This document shows, piece after piece, positions 49,380 to 63,829 of a stretch of 64,000 nt of DNA. The stretch comes from Heterodontus francisci. Lineage: Eukaryota. Where the stretch lies: assembly GCF_036365525.1 (NCBI RefSeq), contig NC_090401.1, positions 59,840,868-59,904,867 on the forward strand. The letters are read 5' to 3'. The first letter of the stretch is position 1. The number at the start of each line of letters is the position of its first letter. Position numbers and translations under genes: made by a program. Under the pieces are notes generated by a model that worked only from the letters and a program-made list of their open reading frames with translations, searched no databases and was not told the origin of the DNA.

Positions 49380-51159
49380 AGGTCATAATTTGTGATAGAA
49401 ATATGTTGCTTTCCTCTTTTTAACTCCACATTCTCTCCATTATTTTGACATATTCCAACAATTAAATGCTTGCACAAATTGGTTATCTTTACCTCTGGCC
49501 ACTCTTTAAATGTAAGATATGGATTGAAACTAACACCTTAAACATGATTCAACCGAAATAATTTTAATAATCCGTTAATTAGAAATATTCAATAAAATAA
49601 ACTAGTGAGTCCACAATATATTTCAGTATTTATCTTTTGTAAATATATAGACAAATACATGACAAGTAGCTAACTTTTATGTAATATTTTTGCAACGTAA
49701 TATGTATTCTTATTGAACAATTACATAATCTACTCAGGTAAATAAAGATACCGTTTGAGCATGATCAGATTTTTTGACAATGTTGCAACGGACAGGAACA
49801 GCAGGTGGAGCAATCTTCCAATTTTGCACGGATTTAACTACGCACATATTTATGATGCAGGCTACAGGCGAGATAGGAATTGCAGTGCACCCCCACCCCA
49901 ATAAAATCCAGCCTCCCTAAAAGGCATTTTTTCAGTGTCAAACGTGATTCCCGAATAATCATCCCTGTAAAATCGCACCTGTCTAAATCATTAAACAAAT
50001 TCCACAATATAATTACTAGTTAGTACCAGCCAACAGATTCCCTTTACTGAGTTGATTTGGAGTGTACAGCAGTTTAATTAAATAAGAACATCTGTATGCT
50101 GATGTGCTTAAAGTGCCCACCAATTACAGTTGTGTCTGTACAATCGCCAGATGTTGATTTATTGGTTTTAGAGGGAGCTGGTTGGGACCAGCGAGCTGAA
50201 ATAAGGGACAAAATGAGACTGTCCTCTAGCCAGTGTCATTGGCACCTGTCTATTGTTCAGGAGGCTGTTTGTCTGCAGTCTCTCTCTGTCTCTGCTTCGC
50301 ATGTTCCATAGAGAAACTCACTGACGTCAATGGCTGGATCAACTCCACATTTCAGTGCTCTCTCTGGGAACGTGGCAGGAATAAAAAGCCATGCTAAATG
50401 ACTTTTGGGAATACAGTAGCTCCGTGCAAGCGGGGTGAGATTGTAACGGGCTCCAGGCAACAAGCTCAGAAAATAAAAGCACCTGCACTCTTCACTGGCA
50501 GCAGAGCGCAGTGCCCGAGGAAAACCACAACCCACAATTTAATTAAGCCATTATTATTTTTCATTCATTTATTAAACAGCATGGATGGGTTTGTTCCCGC
50601 TCCTAATTAAGGGGGTCAGTTGACTGATTTTTAACTCATGCAAAAGCCTTACCTCCTATTTGAATCAGACTGCCTTTGGTTTCACTCCGCCCTTCGATTA
50701 TTGTCACTCCCTCCTTTCCACTCTAATCTTGCTGCAAATTATTGTGGGGGGTTTTTCCCAATGCAATGCTCCGGCGCTTTTTCAGGAGGTTGCTCTCTCT
50801 CAACATTCTCAGCAATACTGACTAGTGAAAACTATAACGGATTTAGTGGGGGGGAAATCGAGCTCCTGCAGATATTTCACAATTTTGGAGGAAATTAAAT
50901 GGAATTTAGTTCATACTTTCGGTTGCCTCTTTGCAGCTATTGTAAAATGGGATTGAGTGACCTCCTTCTATTTAGTACTCACTAATTCGCGTTAATCTAC
51001 ACCGGTGGCGATTTAAATGACAGCGTGAAATACATTTTCAAATTGGCACCTTTTAATTTTATTGTCATGTGACATGTTTGACAGAAGAACATAAGAAATA
51101 GGAGCAGGAGAGGCTATTCCGGCTGTCCAACCTCATTCGCTATTTCATATGATTATAAG

Positions 51160-51652
51160 AACTTCAATAATTTCAGAGCATGACGGGCCCCCAGTTTACT
51201 TATAATTTTAGTTATATTTTCTTTTTCACAATTTTTTTTTCTTTTGTTTATTTCATTTCATTGTAGTTTGTTCAGTTTGCTTACCCACTGTTTTTTTCAT
51301 GTTTGTACTTGCTGCTACTCAATCTTCAGTTCGTTAACACCTTATCTGTACTAATGCTTTGTCTTTTAACACACCATTAACATATTGTTTGCCTTTGCTC
51401 CGTGACCTTTTGGTCAGCTATGTGGCCTGGTCCAATCTACACCTTCTCCTTTGTTATCTCTTGCCCCACCCCCACCTCACTTGCTTATAACCTGTGACTT
51501 TTCTAATATTTGTCAGTTCCGATGAAGGGTCACTGACCCAAAACGTTAACTCTGCTTCTCTTTCCACAGATGCTGCCAGACCTGCTGAGTGGTTCCAGCA
51601 TTTCTTGTTTTTATTTCAGATTTCCAGCATCCGCAGTATTTTGCTTTTATTA
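51160..51652 (+). mobile_element. Penelope-like element 3' end (ORF end plus pseudo-LTR with hammerhead-like core)
   Basis: FNNFRA* ORF end, T-rich UTR, CCGATGAAGGGTCACTGACCCAAAACGTTAAC. Confidence 0.75.
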
Positions 51653-52052
51653 CTTGCTCATTATTTTTTTCACACAGGCATTCCTTATTTACTTTGTTCA
51701 ATGAAGAAACCTAAATTATCTAACATCAATAGGTAAGACATTGTGGATGCAGTAGCTATGGTTAAACCATAGGAGTTAAAATCAAAGGATTGGAAGATAA
51801 CAAATGTTATGGCATTATTTAAAAAGGGAGACAGAAACAAATCAATTATCTACATGCAACCAGATTATCAATAAGAAAGACTTACATTTATATAGCACCT
51901 TTCATGACCACTGGATGTTCCAAAGCACTTTACAGCCAATTAAGTACTTGTCATGTGTAATCACCGTTATAATGTAGGAAATATGGCAGCCAATTTGCAC
52001 ACAGCAAGCTCTCACAAACAGCAATGGTGATAATGACCAGATAATCTGTTTT

Positions 52053-52600
52053 CATAGAATCGTAGAATGGTTACAGCACAGAAGGAGGCCATTCAGCCCA
52101 TTGTGTCTATGCCAGCTCTCTGCAAGTACAATTCACCTCGTCTCATTCCTCCGCCTTCTCCCTGTAGCCCTGAAATTTTTTTTCTCTTCAGATAATTGTC
52201 AACTTCCTTTTTGAAAGCCACGATTGTTTTTGCCTCCATCACACTGTCAGGCAGTGCATTCCAGATCTAACCACTCGCTGTGTAAAAAAGTTTTTCTTCA
52301 TGTCACCATTGCTTCTTTTGCCAATCACTTTAAATCAGGGTCCTCTTGTTTTCAATCCTTCTGCCAACAGGAACAGTTTCTCCCTATCTACTCTGTCCAG
52401 ACCTTTCATGATTTTGAACATCTCTATCAAATCTCCTCTCAACCTTTTCTTCTCCAAGAAAAGCCTCAGCTTCTCCAAATTATTCACCTTACTGACACTC
52501 CTCATCCCTGGAACTATGCTCTTGAATCTTTTCAGCAGCCTCCCTATTGCCTTCACATCCTTCCTAAAGTGTGGTGCCCAGAACTGGACACAATATCTCC
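52053..52600 (-). mobile_element. CR1 3' fragment inserted in a DeuSINE (about 51870-52052 and 52603-52876, -)
   Basis: LEKKRLRGDLIEMFKIMKGLDRVD; DeuSINE halves on both sides. Confidence 0.8.
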
Positions 52601-53469
52601 AGTTTTTGAGATATTGATTGAGGGATAAATATCAGCCCAGGACACTGGGGAGAACTCCCTGCTCTTCAAGATAGTGCAATGGGATCTTTTACATCCACCT
52701 GAGTGGGGCCACAGTTTAATGTCTTATGTAAAAGACAGCAGCTCCAACTGTGCAGCACTCCCTCAGTATCACACTTGAGTGTCAAGCTAGATTTTGTGCT
52801 TAAGTCTGTTGTGTAAGATTTGAACCCACAACCACCGAACTCAAAGGTGAGAATGTTACCAATTAAGCCATGGCTCCTAACTATGAGAGAGAAGCCAAAT
52901 AGAATGTTTCCACATGGAGGGGGGAATAGATTAGAAATAAGAACCTGTCCTAACAGACAACTTTGTATATTTTAATGGTTTTGTCTTAATAAAAATAAAT
53001 GACATGAATGATATATTTAGAACATTACTATCAGAAAAAAAATGTGTTTCTAATATAATAAAAATAAGTGATCAACTATTGAATTACAATTTGGGAAATC
53101 TAATAGCCCGTACTTATCAACTTCAGGCAACTGAGAGTTAATGGGTATAATCACAATGGTAGCAATGGTTTACTGTACATGCAATTAGATGCATATGAAT
53201 TCTTCCTCAAATTAACACAACTAATTTACTGCAGTCTCATGAATATTTATAGGCAAAAGGCACTGCGGTTCATATTTTTAAAATTTAAAACTTTGTGTGG
53301 ATAGAATAAATCATCAAACACTAGTAGATCATAAAATAAGATGCACCATGGGATTCTTGTTCATTGTTTCTTGTAAAGAAAAATCAAACATGCATTTATA
53401 TAGCACCTTTCATGTCCCAAAAAGTCCCAAAGTGCTTCACAGTTAGTGAAATAACTTTAACATGTTTTT

Positions 53470-53740
53470 TAATTAATACATGGATGTGGACATTGCTGGC
53501 CGAGTCAGTGTTATTTCCCATCCCCTATTGCCCTTGAGAAGGTGATGAGCTGCCTTCTTGAACCGTTGCAACTGTAGCAGTTTGATACAACTGTGCGGCT
53601 TGCTGGTGCATTTCAAAGGGCAGATAAGAGTCAACCACATTGCTGTGGGTCTGGAGTCACATTGAGCCAGATGAGATAAGGACGGCAGATTTCCTTCACT
53701 AAGGGACGTTCGTGAACCAAATGGGTTTTTACAACAATTT
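53470..53740 (-). mobile_element. Second-family SINE 3' part
   Basis: Reverse complement of 12320-12550. Confidence 0.65.
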
Positions 53741-54204
53741 GGTCGTATCATGCAAGTCTTTTTTAACTTTAGCAATAATTCGCTGCAGGAAGCAGGTCTG
53801 CTGGAAATCCTACAAAAACATCTACACTGGACTTGGTTGTTGAATGGAAGACATCAGAGCTCAGGACAAGTCCTAGTACACAACATTACTATACACTGGT
53901 AGAATGCATCCAGGTTAAATATATGGCATTTTAAAATTATGGCTTCTTGCTATCAACTTAATTTACCAAGTCAAGATAAATGTGCACTTTCTAGGCTAAT
54001 GGGTTACAAACAGTGCCCTTCATGGTAACTACAATGGAATTTGATTGCTAAAAGTTCAAAATTCTCTGCAATTTTTTATTGGAAGTATATATTAGAGTTG
54101 GAGAGCTCACAAGACAAGAATTGTGGAGCATTGTTCTGAAAAATAAACTTTGCAGCTTGACTTGATAATGTAGATAAGCATTATTTTTGTGGTTTGGAAT
54201 TGTC

Positions 54205-54495
54205 AGTCGTCGTCTTCTTCTTTGGCCTCCTTGTCTCAGGAGACAATGGGTAAGCGCCTGGAGGTGGTCAGTGGTTTGTGGAGCAGCACCTGGAGTGGCT
54301 ATAAAGGCCAATACTAGAGTGACAGACTCTTCCACAGGTGCTGCAGATAAAATTGGTTGTCAGGGCTGTTTCACAGTTGGCTCTCCCCTTGCGCTTCTGT
54401 CTTTTTTCCTGCCAACTGTTAAGTCTCTTCGATTCGCCACACTTTAGCCCCACCTTTATGCTGCCTGCCAGCTCTGGCGATCGCTGGGAAGTCGG
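54205..54495 (-). mobile_element. RTE LINE 3' fragment
   Basis: CSTCGRVCHSSIGLYSHSRCC; matches 62090-62354. Confidence 0.85.
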
Positions 54496-55139
54496 GAATA
54501 ATTTGGGAATAAAATATTAGTAAATTTATGTAATTTGCTTGATGTGTTGAGCTTGTAGTTAGGCAGAATACTGTGGTTTATAAATGATGCAATGTTAAAC
54601 AATGGATTAAAGAACAATAACCTATAATGGCAAAATAAGGAGGTTGTCAGTACACATAAGAATATACAACTATTAGAAACTGATAACTGCACAAACCTGT
54701 ACATTATTGATAGTTCATAACTCTAGCCCATTCTAACCACATCCATCCATCCTTTACCTCTCCAGAAACAATTTAGCTTTCAGGAAATACCTGGAATCTG
54801 TTTATGCTTTCTATTTCAATCACTTCCCTAGCACCTGATCCACAAGTCACATGTTTTGGGCAAACAGTGCTGATTATCTTCCTAATTTGCAATTTATGCT
54901 CCATGGTATTTGACCCTTTCATCATAGTAACCAATTCCCCAATCAACTGTGTCAGTGAGACAAATTTCTCTCAGATTTAATCCAATGGCTTTGAGAATGA
55001 GGAAATCCTCCTTAAAGGTTACTTACTTAGGTGCTAAGGGAGGAAGGAATACAGACATGCATTTATATAACACCTTTCATGACCATAGCACTTTATAGCC
55101 AATGAAGTACTTTTGAAGTGCAGTAAATGTTGTAATTTT

Positions 55140-56880
55140 TTTTTTATTCATTCATGGGATGTGGGCCTCACTGGCCAAGCCAGCATTTATTGCCCAAGCC
55201 TAATTGCCCTTGTGAAGATAGTGGTGAGCTGCCTTCTTGAACCGCTGCAGTCCATGTAGGTACACCTACAGTACTGCTAGGCAGGGAGTTCCAGGATTTT
55301 GACCCAGTGACAGTGAAGGAATGGTGATATAGTTCCAAGTTAGGATGGTGTGTGACTTGGAGGGGAACTTTCAGGTGGTGGTGTTCCCATATATTTGCTG
55401 CCCTTGTCTTTCTAGGTGGTAGAGGTTGCAGGTTTGGAAGGTGCTGTCGAAGGATCCTTGGTGCGTTGCTACAGTGCATTTTGTAGATGGTACACATTGC
55501 TGCCACTGTCCGTTGGTGGTGGGGGTAGTGAATGTTTGTGGATGGGGTGCGAATCAAGCCGGCTGCTTTGTCCTGGATGGTGTCGAGCTTCTTGAATGTT
55601 GTTGGAATTGCGCCTATCCGGGCAAGTGGAGAGTATTCCACCACACTCCTGACTTGTGCCTTGTAGATGGTGGACAGGCATTGAGGAGACAGGAGGTGAG
55701 TTACTCACCGCAGGATTCCTTGCCTCTGACCTGCTCTTGTAGCCACAGTATTTATGCGGCTGCTCCAATTCTGTTTCTGGTCAATGGTAACAGGATATTG
55801 ATAGTGAGGGATTCAGCAATTGAATGTCAAGGGAAGATGGTTAGATTCTCTTGTTGGAGATGGTCATTGTCTGACACTTGTGTGGTGCGAATGTTACTTG
55901 CCACTTATCAGCCCAAGCCTGGATATTGTCCAGGTCTTGTTGCATTTTTACACGGACTGCTTCAGTATCTGAGGAATCGTGAATGGTGCTGTACATTGTG
56001 CGATCGTCAGCGAACATCCCCACTTCTGACCTTTTGATCATTGGAAGGTCATTGATGAAGAGCTGAAGATGATTGGGCCTAGAACACTACCCTGAGGAGC
56101 TCCTGCAGTGATGTCCTGGAGCTGAGATGATTGACCTCCAACAACCACAACCGTCTTCCTTTGTTCTAAGTATGACTCCAACCAGCGGAGGGTTTTCCCC
56201 CTGATTCCCATTGACTCCAGTTTTACTAGGGATCCTTGATGCCATACTTGATCAAATGCTGCCTTAATGTCAAGGGCAGTCACTCTCAGCTCACCTCTTG
56301 AGTTCAGCTCCTTTATCCTTGTTTGAACCAAGGCTGTAATGAGAACAGGAGCTGAGTGGCCCTGGCAGAACCCAAACTGAGCATCAGTGAGCAGGTTATT
56401 GCTAAGTAAGTGCTGCTTGATAGCACTGTCGATGATACCTTCCATCACTTTACTGATGATTGAATTGAGACTGATGGGGCGGTAATTGGCCGGGTTGGAT
56501 TTGTCCTGCTTTTTGTGTACAGGACATACCTGGGCAATTTTCCACATTGCTGGATAGATGCCAGTGTTGTAGCTGTACTGGGACAGCTTGGCTAGGGGCG
56601 CAGCAAGTTCTGGAGCACAGGTCTTCGGTACTATTGCCGGAATATTGTCAGGGCCCATAGTCTTTGCAGTATCCAGTGCCTTCAGTCGTTTCTTGATATG
56701 ACACGGAATGAATCGAATTGACTGAAGACTGGCATCTGTGATGCTGCGGACTTCAGGAGGAGGCTGAAATGGATCATCAACTTGGCACTTTTGGCTGAAG
56801 ATTGTTGAAAATGCTTTAGCCTTATCTCTGGCACTGATGTGCTGGGGTCCCCCATCACTGAGGATGTGGATATTTGTGGA
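55140..56880 (-). mobile_element. Divergent CR1-clade LINE (RT to 3' end), decayed
   Basis: GPDNIP, NPANYRPISL, DIKAAFD, PQGSVLGP, MFADD; 3' tail CCCACATCCCATGAATGAATAAAA. Confidence 0.88.
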
Positions 56881-57019
56881 GTAGCTTTTTGAGTCTTAAT
56901 ATGTATCAATGGATCAAAGTTAGTTTAAACAATAAATACTCTGCTGTGTATAAAGATGTGTGTTACCCAGGCACATGTAGAAATAAAATGCATTTTTTAA
57001 AATTAAGTTTTCTTTATTT

Positions 57020-59570
57020 GTGTGTCGCTGGCAAGGGCAGCAATTGTTGCCCATCCCTAATTGCCCTTGAGAAGGTGGTGGTGAACCACCTTCTTGAACC
57101 ATTGCTGTCCATCTGGTGTAGGTACACCCACAGTGCTGTTAGGAAGGGAGTTCCAGGATTTTGACCCAGTGACAGTGAAGGAAAAGCGATATAGGTCCAA
57201 GTCAGACTAGTGTGTAACTTGAAAGGGAACTTACAGGTGGTGGCGTTCCCATGTGCCTACTGCCCTTGTTCTTCGAGGTGGTAGAGGTCGTGGGGAATAT
57301 AAAGAAAGTAGGAAGGAACTTAAGCAAGGAGTCAGGAGGGCTAAAAGGGGGCATGAAAAGTCATTGGCAAACAGGATTAAGGAGAATACCAAGGCTTTTT
57401 ATACATATATAAAGAGCAAGAGGGTTGTCAGGGAAAGGGTTGGCCCACTTGAGGACAGAGGAGGGAATCTATGTGTGGAGCCAGAGGAAATGGGCGAGGT
57501 ACTAAATGAATACTTTGCATCAGTATTCACCAAAGAGAAGGACTTGGTGGTTGATGAGTCTAGGGAAGGGTGTGTAGATAGTCTGGGTCATGTCGATATC
57601 AAAAAGGAGGAGGTGTTGGGCGTCTTGAAAAACATTAAGGTAGGTAAGTCCCCAGGGCCCGATGGGATCTACCCCAGAATACTGAGGGAGGCAAGGGAGG
57701 AAATTGCTGGGGCCTTGACAGAAATCTTTGCATCCTCATGGCTACAGGTGAGGTCCCAGAGGACTGGAGAATAGCCAATGTTGTTCCTTTGTTTAAGAAG
57801 GGTAGCAAGGATAATCCAGGAAATTACAGGCCGGTGAGTCTTACGTCAGTGGTAGGGAAATTATTGGAGAGGATTCTTCAGGACAAGATTTACTCCCATT
57901 TGGAAACAAATGGACTTATTAGCGAGAGGCAGCATGGTTTTGTGAAGGGGAGGTCGTGTCTCACTAACTTGATCGGGTTTTTTGAGAAAGTGACGAAGAT
58001 GATTGATGAAGGAAGGGCAGTGGATGTTGTCTACATGGACTTCAGTAAAGCCTTTGACAGGGTCCCTCATGGCAGACTGGTACAAAAGGTGACGTCACAT
58101 GGGATCAGAGGTGAGCTGGCAAGATGGATACAGAATGGGCTCGGTCATAGAAGACAGAGGGTAGCAGTGGAAGGGTGCTTTTCTGAATGGAGGGCTGTGA
58201 CTAGTGGTGTTCTGCAGGGATCAGTGCTGGGACTTTTGCTGTTTGTAGTATATATAAATGATTTGGAGGAAAATGTAGCTGGTCTGATTAGTAAGTTTGC
58301 GGATGACACAAAGGTTGGTGGAGTTGCGGATAGTGATGAGGATTGTCAAAGGATACAGCAGGATATAGATCGGTTGGAGACTTGGGCGGAGAAATGGCAG
58401 ATGGAGTTTAATCCAGACAAATGTGAGGTAATGCATTTTGAAAGGTCTAATACAGGTGGGAAGTATACAGTAAATGGCAGAACCCTTAGGAGTATTGACA
58501 GGCAGAGAGATCTGGGCGTACAGGTCCACAGATCACTGAAAGTGGCAACGCAGGTGGATAAGGTAGTCAAGAAGGCATACGGCATGCTTGCCTTCATCGG
58601 TCAGGGCATAGAGTATAAAAATTGTGGAGGGGCGACCTGATAGAGGTTTACAATGTTATGAGTGGCATGGACAGAGTGGATAGTCAGAAGCTTTTTCCAA
58701 GGGTGGAAGAGTCAGTTACTAGGGGACATAGGTTTAAGGTGCGAGGAGCAAAGTTTAGAGGGGAAGTGTGAGGCAAGTTTTTTACACAGAGGGTGGTGAG
58801 TGCCTGGAACTTGCCGCTGGGGGAGGTGGTGGAAGCAGGTACAATAGCGACGTTTAAGAGGCATCTTGACAAATACATGAATAGGATGAGAATAGAGGGA
58901 TACGGACCCGGGAAGTGCAGAAGGCTTTAGTTTAGACGGGCATTATGATCGGCACAGGCTTGGAGGGCCAAATGGCCTCCTGTGCTGTACTGTTCTTTGT
59001 TCTTTGTTCTTTTTTCTTTGTTTGGAAGGTGCTGTTGAAGGAGCCTTGGCATGTTCCTGGGGTGTATCTTGTGGATGATACACACAGCTGCCACTGTGCT
59101 CCGGTGGTGAAGGAGTGAATGTTTACAGTGGTGGATGGGGTGCCAATCAAGTGGGCTGCTTTGTTCTGGATGATTTCAAGCCACTTGAGTGTTGTTGTGA
59201 CATAGGAACATTGGAAATAGGAGCAGGTGTAGGACATTCAGCCCCTCAAGTCTGCCCCACCATTCTACTAGGTTGTGTTTGACCTCAACGTCATCCAGTC
59301 AAATGGAGTATTCTATCACACTCCTGACTTGTGTCTTGTAGATAGTGAATAGGTTTTGGGGAGTAAGGAAATGAGTTACTCACTGCAGAATTCCCAGCGT
59401 CTGACCTGCTGTTGTAGCCACAGTAGTTTTATGGCTGTTCCAGTTCAGTTTCTGGTCAATGGTAACCCCAGGATGTTGATAGTAGGGGAATTCAGTGATG
59501 TCAATGCTATTGAATGTCAAGGGGAGATGGCTAAATTTTCTCTTGTTGGAGATATTCATTGCCTGGCACT
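57020..59570 (-). mobile_element. Second copy of the same divergent LINE, split by the CR1 at 57291-59020
   Basis: GGTAGAGGTCGTGGG (57281-57293) joins TTTGGAAGGTGCTG (59020), as at 55418-55446. Confidence 0.75.
57291..59020 (+). mobile_element. 5'-truncated CR1 with an internal deletion near 58625; same subfamily as 16710-21051
   Basis: RT motifs; (TTCTTTG)n tail. Confidence 0.92.
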
Positions 59571-60334
59571 TTTGAGAAACTTGCAGAAACAAGCAGAAAT
59601 AGTAGGAATATCAGAATATCCTGATGAAATAAGATTGAGGTCTACGTAGTTCACCTTCTACCATCTTGAAAGTTACATGATACAATGATAATGGAGATGT
59701 TGACCAATCGTAGCAATCAATCTCTATCAATTAGTCTCCAACAAACAGAGGTGACTTGAGGAAACCCCTAGTGGTGGAAACTTTTGGCAATCATAAGTCC
59801 AAAGTCACAAGCATGTCACACTCACCCCACATCATGTGTCAAATCATTCGTATACTGTATCCTAAAATGTTATTTTCTGAAAGAAATATACTGGTAAGAC
59901 ATAAAAAGTTCTTGAGCCAAATTTGAGAGTTATAAGAATCAAGAGGTGATGGCTTAATACTTTGGTGTAATTGTAAGAGCTTGTAACATGCAGACATGTA
60001 AATCCTCACCCAGCACAAATGACAAGTATCAAACCCCATTTAGATGTCACAAGCAATAATGCATGTTCATTACGACAGTAGAGTAAACAACATGAAACAG
60101 TTCTGAGTTCAGGAGTGCATGGGCTAGCTAAATCCTACACACATAATAATAGCCAGTCCACCGAGATTACTCCCAGTTTTTTGACCATATTGTATTCTTT
60201 TGGGTCATCTTTCCTCAGGCTAACACCGGTTTCTATATGGAGCAATATTAAGAAATCCAATTTAAAAAAAATCACTGCCTGTGTGTTCTTCTATGCAAGG
60301 TGCTCAAACATGTGAATTTTTTTCTGTTTGACAA

Positions 60335-62354
60335 CACCTATGCAGTCGTATTCAGCTGGCCTCCGACACCGGAAACATAAGAGGAATGTATGATGGCATG
60401 AAGAGAGCTTTTGGGCCCACCATCAGGCAGATCGCCCCCCTCAAGTCTAAATCAGGGGACACAATCACTGACCAACACAAGCAAATGGACCGCTGGTTGG
60501 AGCACTACCTAGAACTGTACTCCAGGGAGAATGTTGTCACTGAGACCGCCCTCAATGCAGCCCAGTCTCTGCCTGTCATGGATGAGCTGGACGAACAGCC
60601 AACAAAATCGGAACTCAGTGATGCCATGGATTCTCTAACCAGTGGAAAAGCTCCTGGGAAGGACAGCATTGCCCCTGAAATAATCAAGAGTGCCAAGCCT
60701 GCTATACTTTCAGCACTCCATGAACTGCTTTGCCTGTGCTGGGACGAGGGAGCAGTACCACAGGACATGCGCGATGCCAATATCATTACCCTCTGTAAGA
60801 ACAAGGGTGACCGCGGTGACTGCGACAACTACCGTGGAATCTCCCTGCTCAGCATAGTAGGGAAAGTCTTCGCTTGAGTCATTTTAAACAGACTCCAGAA
60901 GCTGGATGAGTGTGTTTCGAGCAGAGAGATCCACCATTGACATGCTGTTCTCTCTTCGCCAGCTGCAAGAGAAATGCCGAGAACAACAGATGCCCCTCTA
61001 TGTTGGTTTCATTGATCTCACCAAAACCTTTGACCTCGTCAGCAGATGTGGTCTCTTCAGACTACTAGCAAAGATCGGATGTCCACCAAAGCTACGAAGT
61101 ATCATCACCTCATTCCATGACAATATGAAAGGCACAATTCAGCATAGCGGTGCCTCATCAGACCCCTTTCCTATCCTGAGTGGCGTGAAACAGGGCTGTG
61201 TTCTCGCAGCCACACTGTTTGGGATCTTCTTCTCACTGCTGCTCTCACATGTGTTCAAGTCTTCAGAAGAAGGAATTTTCCTCCACACAAGATCAGGTGG
61301 CAGGTTGTTCCACCTTGCCTGTCTAAGAGCGAAGACCAAAGTACGGAAAGTCCTCATCAGGGAACTCCTCTTTGCTGACGATGCTGCAATAACATCTCAC
61401 ACTGAAGAGTGTCTGCAGAGACTCACCGACAGGATTGCAGCTGCCTGCAACAAATTTGGCCTAACCATCAGCCTCAAGGAAGTGAACATCATGGGACAGG
61501 ACGTCAGAAATTCTCCATCCATCAATATCGGTGACCAAGCTCTGGAAGTGGTTCAAGGGTTCAAGAGTTCACCTACCTAGGTTCAACTATCACCAGTAAC
61601 CTGTCTCTCGATGCAGAAATCAACAAGCGCATGGGAAAGGCTTCCACTGCTATGTCCAGACTGGCCAAGAGAGTGTGGGAGAATGGCGCACTGACACAGA
61701 ACACAAAAGTCCAAGTGTATCAAGCCTGTGTCCTCAGTACCTTGCTCTACGGCAGCGAGGCCTGGATAACATATGTCAGCCAAGAGCGACATCTCAATTC
61801 ATTCCACCTTCGCTGCTTCCGGAGAATCCTTGGCATCAGGTGGCAGGACCGTATCTCCAACACAGAAGTCCTCGAGGCGGCCAACATCCCCAGCATATAC
61901 ACCTACTGAGCCAGCGGCACATGAGATGGCTTGGCCGTGTGAGCCACATGGAAGATGGCAGGATCCCCAAGGACACATTGTACAGCGATCTCGTCACTAG
62001 TATCAGACCCACCGACCGTCCATGTCTCCGCTTTAAAGACGTCTGCATACACGACATGAAGTCCTGTGACATTGATCACAAGTCGTGGGAGTCAGTTGCA
62101 AGTGATCGCCAAAGCTGGCAGACAGCCATAAAGGCGGGGCTAAAGTGTGGCGAGGCGAAGAGACAAAAGAGTGAAGCGCAAGGCGAGAGCTAACTGTGTA
62201 ACAGCCCTGACAATCAATTTTGTCTGCAGCGCCTGTGGAAGAGTCTGTCACTTTTGAATTGGTCTTTATAGCCACTCCAAGCGCTGCTTCACAAACCACT
62301 GACCACCTCCAGGCACTTACCCATTGTCTCTCGAGACAAGGAGGTCAAAGAAGA
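60335..62354 (+). mobile_element. RTE-clade LINE, 5'-truncated, with stops and frameshifts
   Basis: GKAPGKD, NYRGISLL, FIDLTKTFD, GVKQGCVL, LLFADD, LLYGSEAW; C-terminal Cys/His motif. Confidence 0.9.
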
Positions 62355-62693
62355 CCCTGAGAGCAAAGCCAGTGCAAGTGAATGTAGGGTTGAGAACCAG
62401 CTGAGGTGATGATACACATCTTTTCAATTACCCACAAGTTCCAAAAACCACCTCTTGAATAAATTGGCAAGTTTTTGGAGCGAGCAAGCACAATGAGTCT
62501 GAAGCCTGTTCTTTTACTAGATGCAATTTTAATTGCCTGAGATAGTGATCAAGTGTCTGGGCAGTACTCGTGCATTGTTCAGAAATGCTGGCTACACCTT
62601 TGGAACAATGGGTTCAAACTTGGATTCGAAAAACAAATTATTTGTCTTCGAGAGAATATTGTTAAGGGTCACATTTGAAATCTTTGCTTTCCC

Positions 62694-62855
62694 AAATAAA
62701 CAGAAAATACTGGAAACACTCAGGGGGTCTGGCAGCATCTGTGATGGGAAGAGGGTAGAGTTCAGGTTTCAGGTCAATAATCTGATCTGCTGAGTTTTTT
62801 CAGGAGTTTCTGTTTCTATTTCCGATTTCCAGCATCTGCAGCATTTTGCTTTTTG
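62694..62855. mobile_element. Decayed inverted Penelope terminus
   Basis: Same head-to-head arrangement as 7890-8094, more diverged. Confidence 0.55.
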
Positions 62856-63829
62856 TTTCATTTCTTTCACACCTCAGTGCAAACCTTCAAGGTGGGATCT
62901 GGTTTGTCAGTGTCAGCTTTGAAAGACTCGAAACAGAGAATGTTGATGATGGAAAACCTCTTCTGACGCAGCTGAATTGCTGTTCACGGCTGACACTTTG
63001 AAAGATTACAAAATATTTTAAGATTACTTTGAAAATATTGCATTGCGAGGAGCATTTTGTGCAAAATGCAGAATAATATGCCTCTCCTTAGCAGTTAACA
63101 ATTGTTTATTGCAATATCAGAGTCTTCACTGGAAATTATCACCCACTGCAGTTAAAGAAATCTAGAGATTAAAGGAATGATACTGGGTAAAACAATGTGG
63201 AGCTGCAGAAGCATTGAAATCTATTCAAATGATGAACAAGTTCATTGAATCATGATACAGAATGTCCATCTTTGATGAAACTAGAAGACACAATACCTGC
63301 AACTTTTGGAATAGGGGCTCATAACCAGGCCAAATGGGAAGACTGGGTATTTCGACCCAATTCCTAGGATCATGAAATCCCATTACATAACTTGGGACTA
63401 ATTGGCAATCTCATTCAGACGCCACAAAGATTGCAGCTGTGGAAATGGAAGGGCCACAGGGTATAATAAGGGAAGGTTTTCAGTTGAGAATGCAGTTAAT
63501 CCCCTAGCATGGTACTGACACCTTATTTTGTCAAATGGACAGAGTGGTCACAATCAGTTCATTCAAACCCTTCTGTTTTGAAATGCAGAACAAATTTTAA
63601 TCCATGCAAGTGCAAAGCTTACCATTGACTTGCATCAGGTCTGTGACATTGATTTGGAATCCCAGAGGACAAAGCACAATGACCTCCATGTGTGTGGATG
63701 AGAAATAATACCACCAATGTCTTTTCATCTCTGACAGTCAGTCTTATTTAGACAATGTAGACTTGTTAAACTTCAAAACAATGTTTGATTTTCTTTCTGG
63801 AGATCTCCATTTTGCAATCCTGAAGAACA

